From: an uncultured virus (IMG/VR IMGVR_UViG_3300030102_007457)
Lineage: Duplodnaviria > Heunggongvirae > Uroviricota > Caudoviricetes
IMG/VR virus record: IMGVR_UViG_3300030102_007457
Reading direction: 5' to 3' (one strand)
DNA length: 64,000 nucleotides
Shown: piece after piece, positions 1 to 9,553 of the stretch
How the letters are laid out: each line of letters opens with the position of its first letter
How positions within the stretch are numbered: position 1 is the stretch's first letter
The notes under the pieces: model-generated
What the model was told of the DNA's origin: nothing
Seen by the model: the letters and a program-made list of their open reading frames with translations, nothing else
The model's database searches: none
Translations under genes and position numbers: made by a program

Positions 1-633
1 GGAAGGGCACACCTCGCTGTCGAGATGGAGCACAGGGGAATCGGCAGGAAGCAGCCTCTCAGGCTCGAGGACCCGAGGGAGTACATGCAGCAGATAGGGA
101 GACAGCAGGTCAGGGCCCAGCAGGGTCAGGTCCGAACACCCGCCTCCCCCTCCATACCACAGATAAGCGGCTACTCCAAGAGGGGCATGCCTAGACCCAA
201 ACTGAAGCCCATGAGAGCACCACCAATCAACCCGCCGGTCATCGCCGGCGCACCACATCTGAACATGAGCGGAGGCACAACAGGCATGGGGATGGGAGCC
301 TCTGCTCCTCCACCACCCATGCCAATCATGGCGAGCGAGGACCTGCATTCCGGCTCCGACCTGCAGAAGCGATTCGACTGGGCCACCATTCAGCAACTTC
401 GCCACATGCTGTCGGAGAGCAAGAAACTCCTGCGCGAGAAGGAGCGCAAGAGGAAGGGCAAGGGTGACGCAGACACATCAGGTGGTGGAACCATGCTTCC
501 CAACCACCCTTCCAACGGTCCCAAGCAGACGACACGTCCCTCGGGGGCGACCGAGGATGACAAGAACGACCCACGACACTTCGGTGCTCATACCATCGGC
601 AACGACGTTGGAAGGGGCGGTCGAACGGCATGA
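1..633 (+). CDS. Hypothetical Pro/Gly/Met-rich basic protein, probably 5'-truncated by the window
   Basis: Frame is open from base 1 (first ATG at 25). Its stop overlaps the next start (ATGA at 630-633). Confidence 0.7.
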   Translation, partial: GRAHLAVEMEHRGIGRKQPLRLEDPREYMQQIGRQQVRAQQGQVRTPASPSIPQISGYSKRGMPRPKLKPMRAPPINPPVIAGAPHLNMSGGTTGMGMGASAPPPPMPIMASEDLHSGSDLQKRFDWATIQQLRHMLSESKKLLREKERKRKGKGDADTSGGGTMLPNHPSNGPKQTTRPSGATEDDKNDPRHFGAHTIGNDVGRGGRTA

Positions 634-2771
634 GACTCATTCTCAAGAAGGGGTATCCGATTCTCAAGGGTGATGGCAATCACGGTGTCCACCCTGTGAC
701 AGGGGAGGCCTTCTACTACGGCAATCCCCCGCCCGAGTTCTTCCACTCTGAGGAGAACCCGCTGAACAGAAACGGCTTCGACAGACCCCTCTTCTCGCAT
801 TACGGCGAGTTGGGGATGCCGCAGGGGGAGTTCGGTCCCGGCGAGTTCGGGGAGGCCGTGTTCACAGACGAGCATGGTGTCGAGCACAGGCACGGCATCG
901 ACGGTGTTATCCACAAGGTCGGGAGGAGGCTGAGGGAGGCTGGGCTGACCAACATAAACCCCGCCGACTTCGTCAATGAGGCAATCAGGAGATTCAACGG
1001 GGCTCACAAGAACAAGGAGGAGCACAGCCTCCCCCCTGTCGACAGCCCCGAATGGAGGAAGTTGCGCTCAATGGACTTCCAGCACTCTAGGAGTAAGTCA
1101 CAGGCCTCCGAGGCCAAGGTCAGAGGCGCCGCTGGAACGCTCGGCACGGTGTACACCAACTCGGGTAGGGGCAGCCACCCCTCACTGGGCAGGTTTCACG
1201 AGTCCTATGCCATTCCCTTCGCACCCTTCCTCGCCGCCATGATGACGGATGCGGGAGTGACTCTGAACAGAAATGACGAGGGCATCAACGTCGGTCACAT
1301 CAGCGTGGCTGACCTCTCGTTCAACCCCGCCACCGGGATGCCGGTCGGTAGCAGGAAAAGGGGGGCTCAGTCGGGGGAGACGATAGGTCCCCGTGGTGAG
1401 TTGAGTGACAACTTCCTCAACAACATGGGCGTCGACGCAGGTGTAGCCGTCGACAACCTACACTCCCATGAGATGATGCAACTCCTGCCGGATGGCCTTT
1501 ATGCAACAGGTAGAGCAGGTAGACCCACCAACTTCGCAGCATTCGGCAGCATCCTCATGTCACTCGACAAATCAAAGATGCCGAAGGAACTCCTCGACGA
1601 GGTCATCATGCAGGACGAGGGGGGACCAATCACCATGAGACAGGCTCTCTCCAATGAGACGGACGCTAATGCCCTCGCTAGGAAACTCGCTGAGACTCCC
1701 GGTGCGCTACATTTCATGATGGGTGACTCAAGTCAAGGAAACACGAAGAGGATTCTCTCAGCCCTGCGCGAGCAGGTGCCTCTACCGGAGGGCGTCACAA
1801 CCGATGACATGAGAACTCACATTAAAGCGGGCTCAGTGAGGAACGCATACCAGAAGGGAAGAGGCAAGAACAGTCACAAGGATGCTGCTGAAATCTTCGC
1901 CTACGCTCAACTACTGGAAGCCGCAGGCACACCGCTGAGGAATGCTGAGATGGAGGGCGTCAATCTCCACCCCGATGTAGAGGGGCAGAGAAGACTGACA
2001 GAGAAAGTTGCTGCTGCCATATCCCATCATCACGACCACACACCTAACAGGTCTCTACTCGACGAGGTGCCGACCGGCCCCAACACCGGCAGGATGAGCG
2101 CAGGGTTTCCGACGGCCCCCATGAGCATGGACCTGCCCCAGCATCTCGACCCGTATCATCTCAAGGAGATGGCGAGCACCCCCATAGCGGAGCCGGAGCA
2201 GCAGCCAATCAGCCCGCAGTACGCTACGGTCAGGCAGCCTGCGCCCGCGCAGACCCCTCCTTCCACTCCACCGATTACTCCCAGCGAGGAATACCGACAA
2301 GCACAAAGGGCGTTCCGCTATGCGACTCCTGAGCAGGTGCGTCGCGTGTATGTAGCGAGGAGCGGTTTGGGAGGAGAGGGAAGGGCGCCAGCGCCCACCG
2401 GTCCGATGACCCCGCAGGAGCAGAGGTTCCAGCAGACGCTGTCGGACCCCTACCAGCAGACGCTCGACCAGTATCTCCGTGGTGACTCCTCGCCGATAGA
2501 GGACAGGCTCATCAAGGCGATGGAGAATCTCCAGTACAAGGACGCCGCCAACGACGATGACATCCGCAAGCACCTACCGTCGCAGACCCTGAGCATGATG
2601 AACGAGGACGACCTCTCCTACATGGCCGAGAGGATGAGCATCACGAAGCACGACGTCCGCGCCATCCTGTTCTCCAAGGGCGACTGGCATCGCGTTGCTG
2701 ACACATTCAACATGAGCCCCACCATCGTCAAGGCAGTCAAGGTGGCTTTCGGGGGTGGTACTGATGAGTAA
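630..2771 (+). CDS. Hypothetical 713-aa protein, possible head-associated protein with a C-terminal helical/HTH-like region
   Basis: Long ORF coupled to both neighbours. Contains LILKKG, ILKGD and LIKAM motifs. Confidence 0.8.
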   Translation: MRLILKKGYPILKGDGNHGVHPVTGEAFYYGNPPPEFFHSEENPLNRNGFDRPLFSHYGELGMPQGEFGPGEFGEAVFTDEHGVEHRHGIDGVIHKVGRRLREAGLTNINPADFVNEAIRRFNGAHKNKEEHSLPPVDSPEWRKLRSMDFQHSRSKSQASEAKVRGAAGTLGTVYTNSGRGSHPSLGRFHESYAIPFAPFLAAMMTDAGVTLNRNDEGINVGHISVADLSFNPATGMPVGSRKRGAQSGETIGPRGELSDNFLNNMGVDAGVAVDNLHSHEMMQLLPDGLYATGRAGRPTNFAAFGSILMSLDKSKMPKELLDEVIMQDEGGPITMRQALSNETDANALARKLAETPGALHFMMGDSSQGNTKRILSALREQVPLPEGVTTDDMRTHIKAGSVRNAYQKGRGKNSHKDAAEIFAYAQLLEAAGTPLRNAEMEGVNLHPDVEGQRRLTEKVAAAISHHHDHTPNRSLLDEVPTGPNTGRMSAGFPTAPMSMDLPQHLDPYHLKEMASTPIAEPEQQPISPQYATVRQPAPAQTPPSTPPITPSEEYRQAQRAFRYATPEQVRRVYVARSGLGGEGRAPAPTGPMTPQEQRFQQTLSDPYQQTLDQYLRGDSSPIEDRLIKAMENLQYKDAANDDDIRKHLPSQTLSMMNEDDLSYMAERMSITKHDVRAILFSKGDWHRVADTFNMSPTIVKAVKVAFGGGTDE

Positions 2772-3510
2772 GGTGCTCGTTCGCAAGCAGTTGTTCGACC
2801 CCAAGCAGACAGCGAACAACATGGCTGCTGTCAACGACCTCAGCAGTGGGGGTGCCATAGAGCAAATAGGACTTCTCAACCTCCTTGGTGGTGAGAAGTT
2901 AATCGCTCCTGTTGCCGCAGAGAAACTCGGGTACGGTATGGACTCAGACGAGTACAAGAGGTTGAAGACAGGGGAGAACATAGGCAGGGGACTAGCCGGT
3001 GCCTACGGTGGATTCAGGACATTGGACGCACTCGCCTCCGGCAGGAGCCCGACCAGCGCGATAGGCGCCGGCGCTGGGGCCTACGGCTCAGTCTCTCCCA
3101 TAGCGCGTAATATCGGTGTACGTGCTGCCGGCAGGCGCATGAAGCCAGCAGCCCCACCAGTCGCTGTGGTAAAACCCAGCCCACTGGAAGTCAAAGAACA
3201 CGAAAACCTCCAAGACGTTAATGGGATGACCCAAATGGTCTTCGACCCCAAGTACGCTGGTCCTGCTCAACCTGCTCGACCCACGATAGCGGGGCCCACA
3301 CCCGAGGATAAAGCCGAGGGATACTTCGAGGACGAGCAAATACCGGTCTTGGCCCAGCAGGGCAATAAATCAGGCAACGTCGCAGTCACTCAACCACAGT
3401 CCAAGGGTAAGAGTCCAACCGAGGAGCAAATGAAGAGACTGATGCAAACCACAATAGACGAATTTTTAGATTCCGAGGCCAAGCAATCGGGTGCAGTGCA
3501 GGGTGCGTGA
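2764..3510 (+). CDS. Hypothetical protein upstream of terminase
   Basis: ATG at 2764 follows GGGGTGG and overlaps the upstream gene end. Gly/Ala-rich middle region. Confidence 0.75.
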   Translation: MSKVLVRKQLFDPKQTANNMAAVNDLSSGGAIEQIGLLNLLGGEKLIAPVAAEKLGYGMDSDEYKRLKTGENIGRGLAGAYGGFRTLDALASGRSPTSAIGAGAGAYGSVSPIARNIGVRAAGRRMKPAAPPVAVVKPSPLEVKEHENLQDVNGMTQMVFDPKYAGPAQPARPTIAGPTPEDKAEGYFEDEQIPVLAQQGNKSGNVAVTQPQSKGKSPTEEQMKRLMQTTIDEFLDSEAKQSGAVQGA

Positions 3511-3511
3511 T

Positions 3512-5002
3512 ATGAGCGAGGAGGGTGTCAAGCAGTTCGTCTTGGAGATGGACAGGGAGATGTCCAAGAAGTCGTTCAAGTACTTCTTCACCGAGATACT
3601 GGGATTCCACTACAGCCATCACCACGAGATGTGGGAGAAGGGGCTCAGCACCCAGAGTTACTACTGCGTGAAGGCATCCCGAGACCACGGCAAGTCCACC
3701 CTGTTCATGTCATACGCGCTGTGGCTGGCGGCGTTCAACCCCGGCACCCACATCATGATTTTCTCACACTCTCTGGAGCAGACCCTCGAGCACATGCGCT
3801 TCATCCGCAACAACATAGAGACATCACCCTGTCTGAGGGGTCTCAAGCCGGAGGGCAAGCCTTGGGCCAAGTCGTACTTCGAGTTCACCAACGGCAGCCG
3901 AATGATGGCGAAGTCGGTGGGTGGTGCCACTCGTGGTTTCCACCCCGACGTCGTCGTGTGCGACGATATCCTCTGGGGTACCAGCGGGACCGAGTTGCAG
4001 AGAACGGCAGACTGGTTCTACGGCGTCCTGCTCCCCGTTCTCCACCACACCAGCAAACTCATGATGGTCGGAACACCGTTCTCCTACAACGACCTGTATG
4101 CGGAGTTGGAGCAGAAGGACACGTTCTGCGTCGAGACGTATCCCGCTATCGACAAGAAGGGCATAGCCCTGTGGCCAGAGCGGTGGAACCTAGAGGCGCT
4201 GGAGCAGAGGAGACTGTCCATGCCAGCCATACAGTTCAGCCGCGAGTACCTGTGCGAGCCCATCCACGATGTGGCCAGCATGTTCCCGATGGACATACTC
4301 GAGGCTGCGAGGGACAGGGAACTCACCCTCATAGAGAGGGCCGAGACCAACTACAACGAACTGGGTGAGGCCGACGGGGTGTGGGGACAGCACTTCATCG
4401 GCTGGGACCCAGCCATATCCTCCGACAAGAACGCCGACTACACCGCCATGACGGTGATGCGCTACTTGGGCGACGACGACATCAAGCAGATTGTGCACGT
4501 CGTTCACGACAAGGGGCTTGGCAGCAACGCCCAGAGGAATATGATGCTCATGCTCAACAACCGCTTCAAACCTGAACTCATCGAACTGGAGGGCAACAAC
4601 TTCCAGCGCATGTTCGAGGCTGAGTTGCAGAACATGAAGGCTGACATCCCTATTCGTACCTTCATGACGACTCGCACCAAGAAGGAGACTCTGTTCATGT
4701 CGCTGCTCATGGCGTTCGAGCAGGGTAAAATAAAACTTCCATACGGCAACGAGAAGAGCAGGGAGTACACACATCGCGTGGAAGAGGAACTCAACCGATT
4801 CGGCATGCAGAAGAACGGCAGGCTGGAGAGCGTCGGCGTCAACGACGACTTGGCTATGAGCCTCGCTCTGGCCAACTGGGGGACCAAGGAGTTCAAGGGC
4901 AGCGTCATGCTTCTCGATGACATCCTACCCGGCCTAGATGAATGGATGAGAGGCAAGGACCACCGAAAATCAAATTACGGGAGCCCTTGGATGATACCAT
5001 AA
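3512..5002 (+). CDS. terL: Terminase large subunit
   Basis: Walker A-like ASRDHGKS, Walker B VVCDD, coupling motif VGTP, RNase H-fold nuclease motifs IGWDPA and NDDLAMSLALA. ATG at 3512 is preferred over the ORF-track start at 3491. Confidence 0.93.
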   Translation: MSEEGVKQFVLEMDREMSKKSFKYFFTEILGFHYSHHHEMWEKGLSTQSYYCVKASRDHGKSTLFMSYALWLAAFNPGTHIMIFSHSLEQTLEHMRFIRNNIETSPCLRGLKPEGKPWAKSYFEFTNGSRMMAKSVGGATRGFHPDVVVCDDILWGTSGTELQRTADWFYGVLLPVLHHTSKLMMVGTPFSYNDLYAELEQKDTFCVETYPAIDKKGIALWPERWNLEALEQRRLSMPAIQFSREYLCEPIHDVASMFPMDILEAARDRELTLIERAETNYNELGEADGVWGQHFIGWDPAISSDKNADYTAMTVMRYLGDDDIKQIVHVVHDKGLGSNAQRNMMLMLNNRFKPELIELEGNNFQRMFEAELQNMKADIPIRTFMTTRTKKETLFMSLLMAFEQGKIKLPYGNEKSREYTHRVEEELNRFGMQKNGRLESVGVNDDLAMSLALANWGTKEFKGSVMLLDDILPGLDEWMRGKDHRKSNYGSPWMIP

Positions 5003-5011
5003 GGTGATACT

Positions 5012-5365
5012 ATGGAGTGGGAATACTGTGATTGCTGCACGCCTATGCAACATGCATCATTCACTCTGCTAGACGGTCACTTCGAGAAGGCCAAGAAGAA
5101 GTCCAAGCCGTTCCACGGCTACAACCCCAAGAGACACCACAAGAAGGGTGGTCTCAACGCCGCTGGTCGTGCCAAGTTCAAGAGAGAGACAGGGGCTAAC
5201 CTGAAGGCGCCTGTCACCACCAAGCCATCCAAACTCAAGCCCGGAAGCAAGAGGGCCAAGAGGAGAAAGTCCTTCTGTGCTCGCATGGGAGGTTCCAAGG
5301 GACCTACCAGCAAGGACGGTAAATTAACACCGAAAGGTGCAGCGTTGAAAAGGTGGAATTGTTAA
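5012..5365 (+). CDS. Small very basic phage protein (GGLNAAGR...RRKSFCARM...LKRWNC), recalled as DUF6321-like
   Basis: AGGTGA RBS and a K/R-rich sequence. The family match is from memory, not a search. Confidence 0.7.
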   Translation: MEWEYCDCCTPMQHASFTLLDGHFEKAKKKSKPFHGYNPKRHHKKGGLNAAGRAKFKRETGANLKAPVTTKPSKLKPGSKRAKRRKSFCARMGGSKGPTSKDGKLTPKGAALKRWNC

Positions 5366-5541
5366 TGGCATTGAAAAGAGATAGTTGCTGCTGCGGCGGC
5401 GATAAGAAGAACCCCTGCAAGTGTATGGAGAAGGGCGTGATGAAATGCTCGATGAAACCACCTCGATGTCCATGCTACAGCCTGCTTCACGCACAGCGCA
5501 AGGCCGCTGACAAGTTGACTAAGATGGTGTTCGTGATATGA
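5365..5541 (+). CDS. Small Cys-rich protein
   Basis: TAATG overlap with the upstream gene and ATGA overlap downstream. Contains CCC, CKC and CPC clusters. Confidence 0.6.
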   Translation: MALKRDSCCCGGDKKNPCKCMEKGVMKCSMKPPRCPCYSLLHAQRKAADKLTKMVFVI

Positions 5542-5732
5542 CTGACTCATGTGAATGCGGACATTGCACTTCCATGGGGAAGGCGTGGGACTCTCTTGAG
5601 AAGAAACTATGTCCCGAGGGCAAGGCAGCAGCAAAGAGGAAGTTCAAGGTATACCCATCAGCATACGCCAATGGCTGGGCTGTGCAGTATTGCCGTGGAA
5701 AGTTCCGTGGTAAGAAGGGGAAGAAGAAATGA
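5538..5732 (+). CDS. Small basic protein with a KFKVYPSAYANGW motif
   Basis: Translationally coupled ORF. The PSAYA motif is recalled from uncharacterised viral basic proteins. Confidence 0.7.
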   Translation: MTDSCECGHCTSMGKAWDSLEKKLCPEGKAAAKRKFKVYPSAYANGWAVQYCRGKFRGKKGKKK

Positions 5733-5785
5733 ATACCACCTACGTTCAAGACTCCAATGAGTACACCGTCTTCTGGGGTGAATGA

Positions 5786-6145
5786 ATGGAACGATGCACT
5801 TGCCATGACACCCTTGTCGTCAAGAACCTCAATCGATGGTTCAAGGAGAAATGGGTCGATGTGTCGAGGAAGGACAAAGACGGCAAACACCCACCATGCG
5901 GTAGGTCGAAGGCCAAGAAGTCAAGCAAGGGGTATCCGAAGTGCAGACCGTCAGTGAAGGTCAGCAGCGACACGCCGAAGACATCACGCTCCATGTCGAC
6001 CGGGCAGAAGAAAGCAGCCACCAAGAGAAAGAGAGCCAAGAAGCAGGGTGTCGGTGGGAAACCCACCATAGTCAAGAGCACACCTATGGATGATGCTTGG
6101 CAGATTCTCAAAGCGCCTTCTGTATTGTCAAGGGTACAGGAGTAG
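5786..6145 (+). CDS. Small basic protein with RWFKEKWVDV...CGR...YPKCRP motifs
   Basis: GGGGTGA RBS. The motifs are recalled from uncharacterised viral proteins. Confidence 0.75.
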   Translation: MERCTCHDTLVVKNLNRWFKEKWVDVSRKDKDGKHPPCGRSKAKKSSKGYPKCRPSVKVSSDTPKTSRSMSTGQKKAATKRKRAKKQGVGGKPTIVKSTPMDDAWQILKAPSVLSRVQE

Positions 6146-6154
6146 TTAAGTAAA
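6146..6154 (+). promoter_or_regulatory. Putative archaeal TATA box (TTAAGTAAA) for a leaderless transcript
   Basis: AT-rich box 21-29 nt upstream of ATG 6175 in a GC-rich background. Confidence 0.45.
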
Positions 6155-6174
6155 GGTCAAATGAGGGGTCAAGT

Positions 6175-7395
6175 ATGTGGGGCAGCGCTTTTCTCAATGA
6201 CTCCTTCCAAATCACAAAGTCAGAGCCTACCACATCGGAGAGACCAGTCATAAAGAGCATGTTCTCCATAACCGGTGAAGGTTGGTTCGAGACACACTTG
6301 GGGTGCACTGCTGCCGACTTCGTCGACAAGTTGCGCAAGATGAGGAGGAGCAACAAGGAATCCAAGACCGAGATTGACACTATCATAGAGGATGTCAGGA
6401 CCTTGAAGGCCCTCGAGGTCAAGGCCACTCTCGATTCGATACACTGGGCTGGTGATAGGTATGACACAATTCGCAATCTGGGTCTCTCCGACAGGGACCT
6501 CAAGAGCCTGCGTAGATTCTCGGACTCCAGACAAGTGGGTCTCATACAGGCCTGCAACTTGTGGGAAAACGCGGACTCTGCGCTGAAATCACTCGACGAG
6601 TTCGAGGATGTCTGGGGGGACGAGGAGCAGAGAGCATGGGCGGGCGCCATGCGCAACAAGACCGAGGCTCGCAAGATGTGGCGCTCCACCCTTCATCAGG
6701 CAGACACCCTGAGTACCAAGGACAGGGAGACACTGTCCAAGACCGCTGAGATTCTCTCGTTGGAGGGTCCTCTCAGTTCACGCTCGCTACATGAGCGCCT
6801 GATGGAACACGGTTCTGTGCACAAGAGCATGACACCCTCCAAGTTGTCGAAACTACTCAAGATGTACGGGGATGACGAGGATATCACAGCAGGTGCGTCC
6901 AGAGGCACATTCGTGAAGATGATGGGGGATGGTTTGATTCTCAAGGACCCGATGGCATACGCCGCCGGCTTCTTGGACGCGGACGGATACATCACAATAA
7001 CAGGCAGGGGTGAGGCTCGTGCAGGTTTCGTCGCAACGGGCGACAGAGGTAGGGCTCACTGCGAGCAATTGCACAAGACCCTCGACTGCGGAGTGCTGCA
7101 GTTGAATCAGAAGATTCACAAGAACAGCACCAGAAGCCAGCACAGACTTCAGTTCTACTCCAAGGCCCACGTCGAGAAACTCCTCAAGGGCATTTTACCC
7201 CATCTGAGGATGAAGGACACTCAGGCCAAGGCCGTTCTGCAATACATCCATGAGGAAGACCCCCTTCGCAAGGAGCAGTTGATGCGCGTAGTGCGCTTCT
7301 CGAATTGGAAGGATGATACTAAGAAGGCTGAGAATCTCCTGAGCGAATGGGAGTGCACTGTGGATGATATCACCAAATGGACGGAGGGACTTTGA
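6175..7395 (+). CDS. Protein with a C-terminal LAGLIDADG endonuclease-like domain and an N-terminal helical/HTH region
   Basis: AYAAGFLDADGYITI motif followed by a typical downstream pattern (LHKTLDCG...LLKGILPHLRMKDTQA). Confidence 0.85.
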   Translation: MWGSAFLNDSFQITKSEPTTSERPVIKSMFSITGEGWFETHLGCTAADFVDKLRKMRRSNKESKTEIDTIIEDVRTLKALEVKATLDSIHWAGDRYDTIRNLGLSDRDLKSLRRFSDSRQVGLIQACNLWENADSALKSLDEFEDVWGDEEQRAWAGAMRNKTEARKMWRSTLHQADTLSTKDRETLSKTAEILSLEGPLSSRSLHERLMEHGSVHKSMTPSKLSKLLKMYGDDEDITAGASRGTFVKMMGDGLILKDPMAYAAGFLDADGYITITGRGEARAGFVATGDRGRAHCEQLHKTLDCGVLQLNQKIHKNSTRSQHRLQFYSKAHVEKLLKGILPHLRMKDTQAKAVLQYIHEEDPLRKEQLMRVVRFSNWKDDTKKAENLLSEWECTVDDITKWTEGL

Positions 7396-9149
7396 TGGCA
7401 GATGAAGAAAGCAGAGTCAGTCGATTCCTATCCGCCCTAGGGAGACCGTTCCGAAGGAGAACCACACCGCAGCCCCAGATGCCCCTCTACACCACCGGCA
7501 TACAGGAGCCGGTTCTGGCACAGGGAATAACAATACCAGCGTTATTCGCAGTATCACGCGAGAATCTCATACTACGCACAGTGCTCGCCAAACTCAATCA
7601 GGAGGTATTCAGGAGAGGATACTACTGGGAGAAGAAGTTCGAGGTCAAGTGCACAGAATGCGGTGAGGAGTACAAGCACGAGGTGGAAGCCTGCACTCTA
7701 TGCGAAGGAGCGGTGAGAAAGTGCGACGTTGATGAGGTAATCTATCCCAAGTGGTTGCTCAATCAGGAGAACTCCATGGAACAGTCATTCATGAATGTCC
7801 TGCAAGAGATAGAGCATGACCTGAACGTTGTTGATGATGCTTTCCTAATCCTAGTCAAGGAGTACTTCGTTGATGAGGAAACCTCGGAGATAATGTTCTA
7901 CAGGGTCAAGGAGATAATCAGGGGAGACCCGATATTCATGCGCATAGTATCTGACAAGAGAGGAGTCAGAGGAGGCAGATACAAGGTGTGTCCCATTCAC
8001 CGCGACCAAGTCTCATATCCCGGTCAGGACGACCCATGTCAGGTATGCGGCTCCAAGATGGAGGACGCCCACTATGTCAACATGGCCGGTAGCGGAAAGA
8101 CCCAGTACTACCTCAAGGGCGAGGTGCTGCATGTCAGCAAGTACAATCCTTCCAAACTCTATGGGAAGAGCCCTGTCAATACCATGTGGAGACAGGCAAT
8201 GACACTAACAGCGATGGACAATTACATGTACACCGCATATCAGAAGAGGAGGATACCCAAGGGAATCATATCGGTCACCACTGACAATCTAGAGTCGATG
8301 AAGTCATTCTGGAAAGCAGTCGACGAGAAGATGGAGAGAGACCCCCACTACGTACCGAAGGTCGGTATAGAGTCTGCCACAGGCAGGGGTGGAGTCAACT
8401 GGGTCAAGTTCATGGACACCATGGAGGAGATGCAGTACACCGCTGTCAGAGATGAGATAAGAAACAGAATCGCAGCGTACTTCGGTGTCTCTGCAGTATT
8501 CATGATTGACAACGGTAAGAGCGGAGGCCTCAACAATGAGGGCATGCAGATACTCGTGACCAACAGAGCAGTCGAGTTCGGTCAGAAGGTGTACACCGAA
8601 GTGCTCTTCCCACGCATGCTCAAGCAGATGGACGTGCATGACTGGAAACTCACACTCTATCCGAACGAGGAGGAAGACGAGATTACCAGACTACGCAGAG
8701 ATGAGATGGAGGCCAACCTCGCTCAGCGCATGATGATGCTCGGCTACAAGCCAGAGTTGATGCAAGAGGGCGAGAGGGACATCCGATTCGTCTATCGCAA
8801 GCAAGCCCCAGAGATGGAAGGGGCCCCTCCTGCTGGGGGAGCACCACCTATGGGCGGTATGCCACCTATGGGCGGTATGCCACCTATGGGCGGTATGCCA
8901 CCGATGATGGGCGGCATGCCAGCCAGAGGCATGCCAGCCGGAATCATGCAGCAGGTCATGCCGCCGTCCCAACCGGGCGGCGAGGGAGTCGGCATCAGGA
9001 CTCCAAGAGGTCCGGCGAGTCCACAACAGCGCTCATCAATGGGCTCAGGAGCACCTTTCTCCAGCGTCCAACAGCGAGGAAGACCTAACACTCTAGGGCA
9101 GAATGTCTCCAATGCCCTACAGAACGCCAGAAGGCCTCGTGGAGCATAA
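7395..9149 (+). CDS. Portal protein with Zn-finger-like insertions and a low-complexity C-terminal tail
   Basis: Position between terminase and protease. Portal-like motifs include DLNVVDDAF, EVLHV...LYGKSPV, IPKGII and IAAYFGVS. TGATG overlap at the start. Confidence 0.88.
   Translation: MADEESRVSRFLSALGRPFRRRTTPQPQMPLYTTGIQEPVLAQGITIPALFAVSRENLILRTVLAKLNQEVFRRGYYWEKKFEVKCTECGEEYKHEVEACTLCEGAVRKCDVDEVIYPKWLLNQENSMEQSFMNVLQEIEHDLNVVDDAFLILVKEYFVDEETSEIMFYRVKEIIRGDPIFMRIVSDKRGVRGGRYKVCPIHRDQVSYPGQDDPCQVCGSKMEDAHYVNMAGSGKTQYYLKGEVLHVSKYNPSKLYGKSPVNTMWRQAMTLTAMDNYMYTAYQKRRIPKGIISVTTDNLESMKSFWKAVDEKMERDPHYVPKVGIESATGRGGVNWVKFMDTMEEMQYTAVRDEIRNRIAAYFGVSAVFMIDNGKSGGLNNEGMQILVTNRAVEFGQKVYTEVLFPRMLKQMDVHDWKLTLYPNEEEDEITRLRRDEMEANLAQRMMMLGYKPELMQEGERDIRFVYRKQAPEMEGAPPAGGAPPMGGMPPMGGMPPMGGMPPMMGGMPARGMPAGIMQQVMPPSQPGGEGVGIRTPRGPASPQQRSSMGSGAPFSSVQQRGRPNTLGQNVSNALQNARRPRGA
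8844..8897 (+). repeat. Three perfect 18-bp tandem repeats CCACCTATGGGCGGTATG (PPMGGM) in the portal tail
   Basis: Read directly from the sequence; a degenerate fourth copy follows. Confidence 0.95.
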
Positions 9150-9152
9150 GTG

Positions 9153-9160
9153 TAATTAAG
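9153..9160 (+). promoter_or_regulatory. Putative TATA box (TAATTAAG)
   Basis: AT-rich box about 30 nt upstream of ATG 9189. Confidence 0.4.
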
Positions 9161-9188
9161 ACAGTATGTATACGGAAGGGCGAGCACG

Positions 9189-9545
9189 ATGGATTTTGCG
9201 AAGATGGACCCCATGGCTAGAAAGATGAATGTGCATGCAGCAGCGCTTTCTGACGCACTTGAGACAGGGGACGCCGAACTCGCAAAATCACACATCAGTG
9301 AAATCCTCAAAGTAGGTGACTTCATGCTTGAGGACATCAATATGTCCATCACTAAATCAGATGATGCACCATCAGGCATCAACCAATTCGTAAATGGAGT
9401 ACCGGTCATCAAATACAACGAGCGTGGTACTAAATTCAACCCTGACAACAGGACCAAGCAACTACCCGGAACCATCATCTCCTCCAGAACCAACTCGAGG
9501 ATGAGACCTCATACAGGCACCTTCGGTGGATACAGACCCCAGTAG
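9189..9545 (+). CDS. Hypothetical head-region protein
   Basis: ORF in the head operon with an ITK|SD motif. Confidence 0.75.
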   Translation: MDFAKMDPMARKMNVHAAALSDALETGDAELAKSHISEILKVGDFMLEDINMSITKSDDAPSGINQFVNGVPVIKYNERGTKFNPDNRTKQLPGTIISSRTNSRMRPHTGTFGGYRPQ

Positions 9546-9553
9546 GTGCTTAC

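Noticed and set aside
6175..7395. LAGLIDADG domain as part of an intein or intron
   Set aside because: No intein splice-junction residues are evident, and the flanking terminase and portal genes are intact and uninterrupted.
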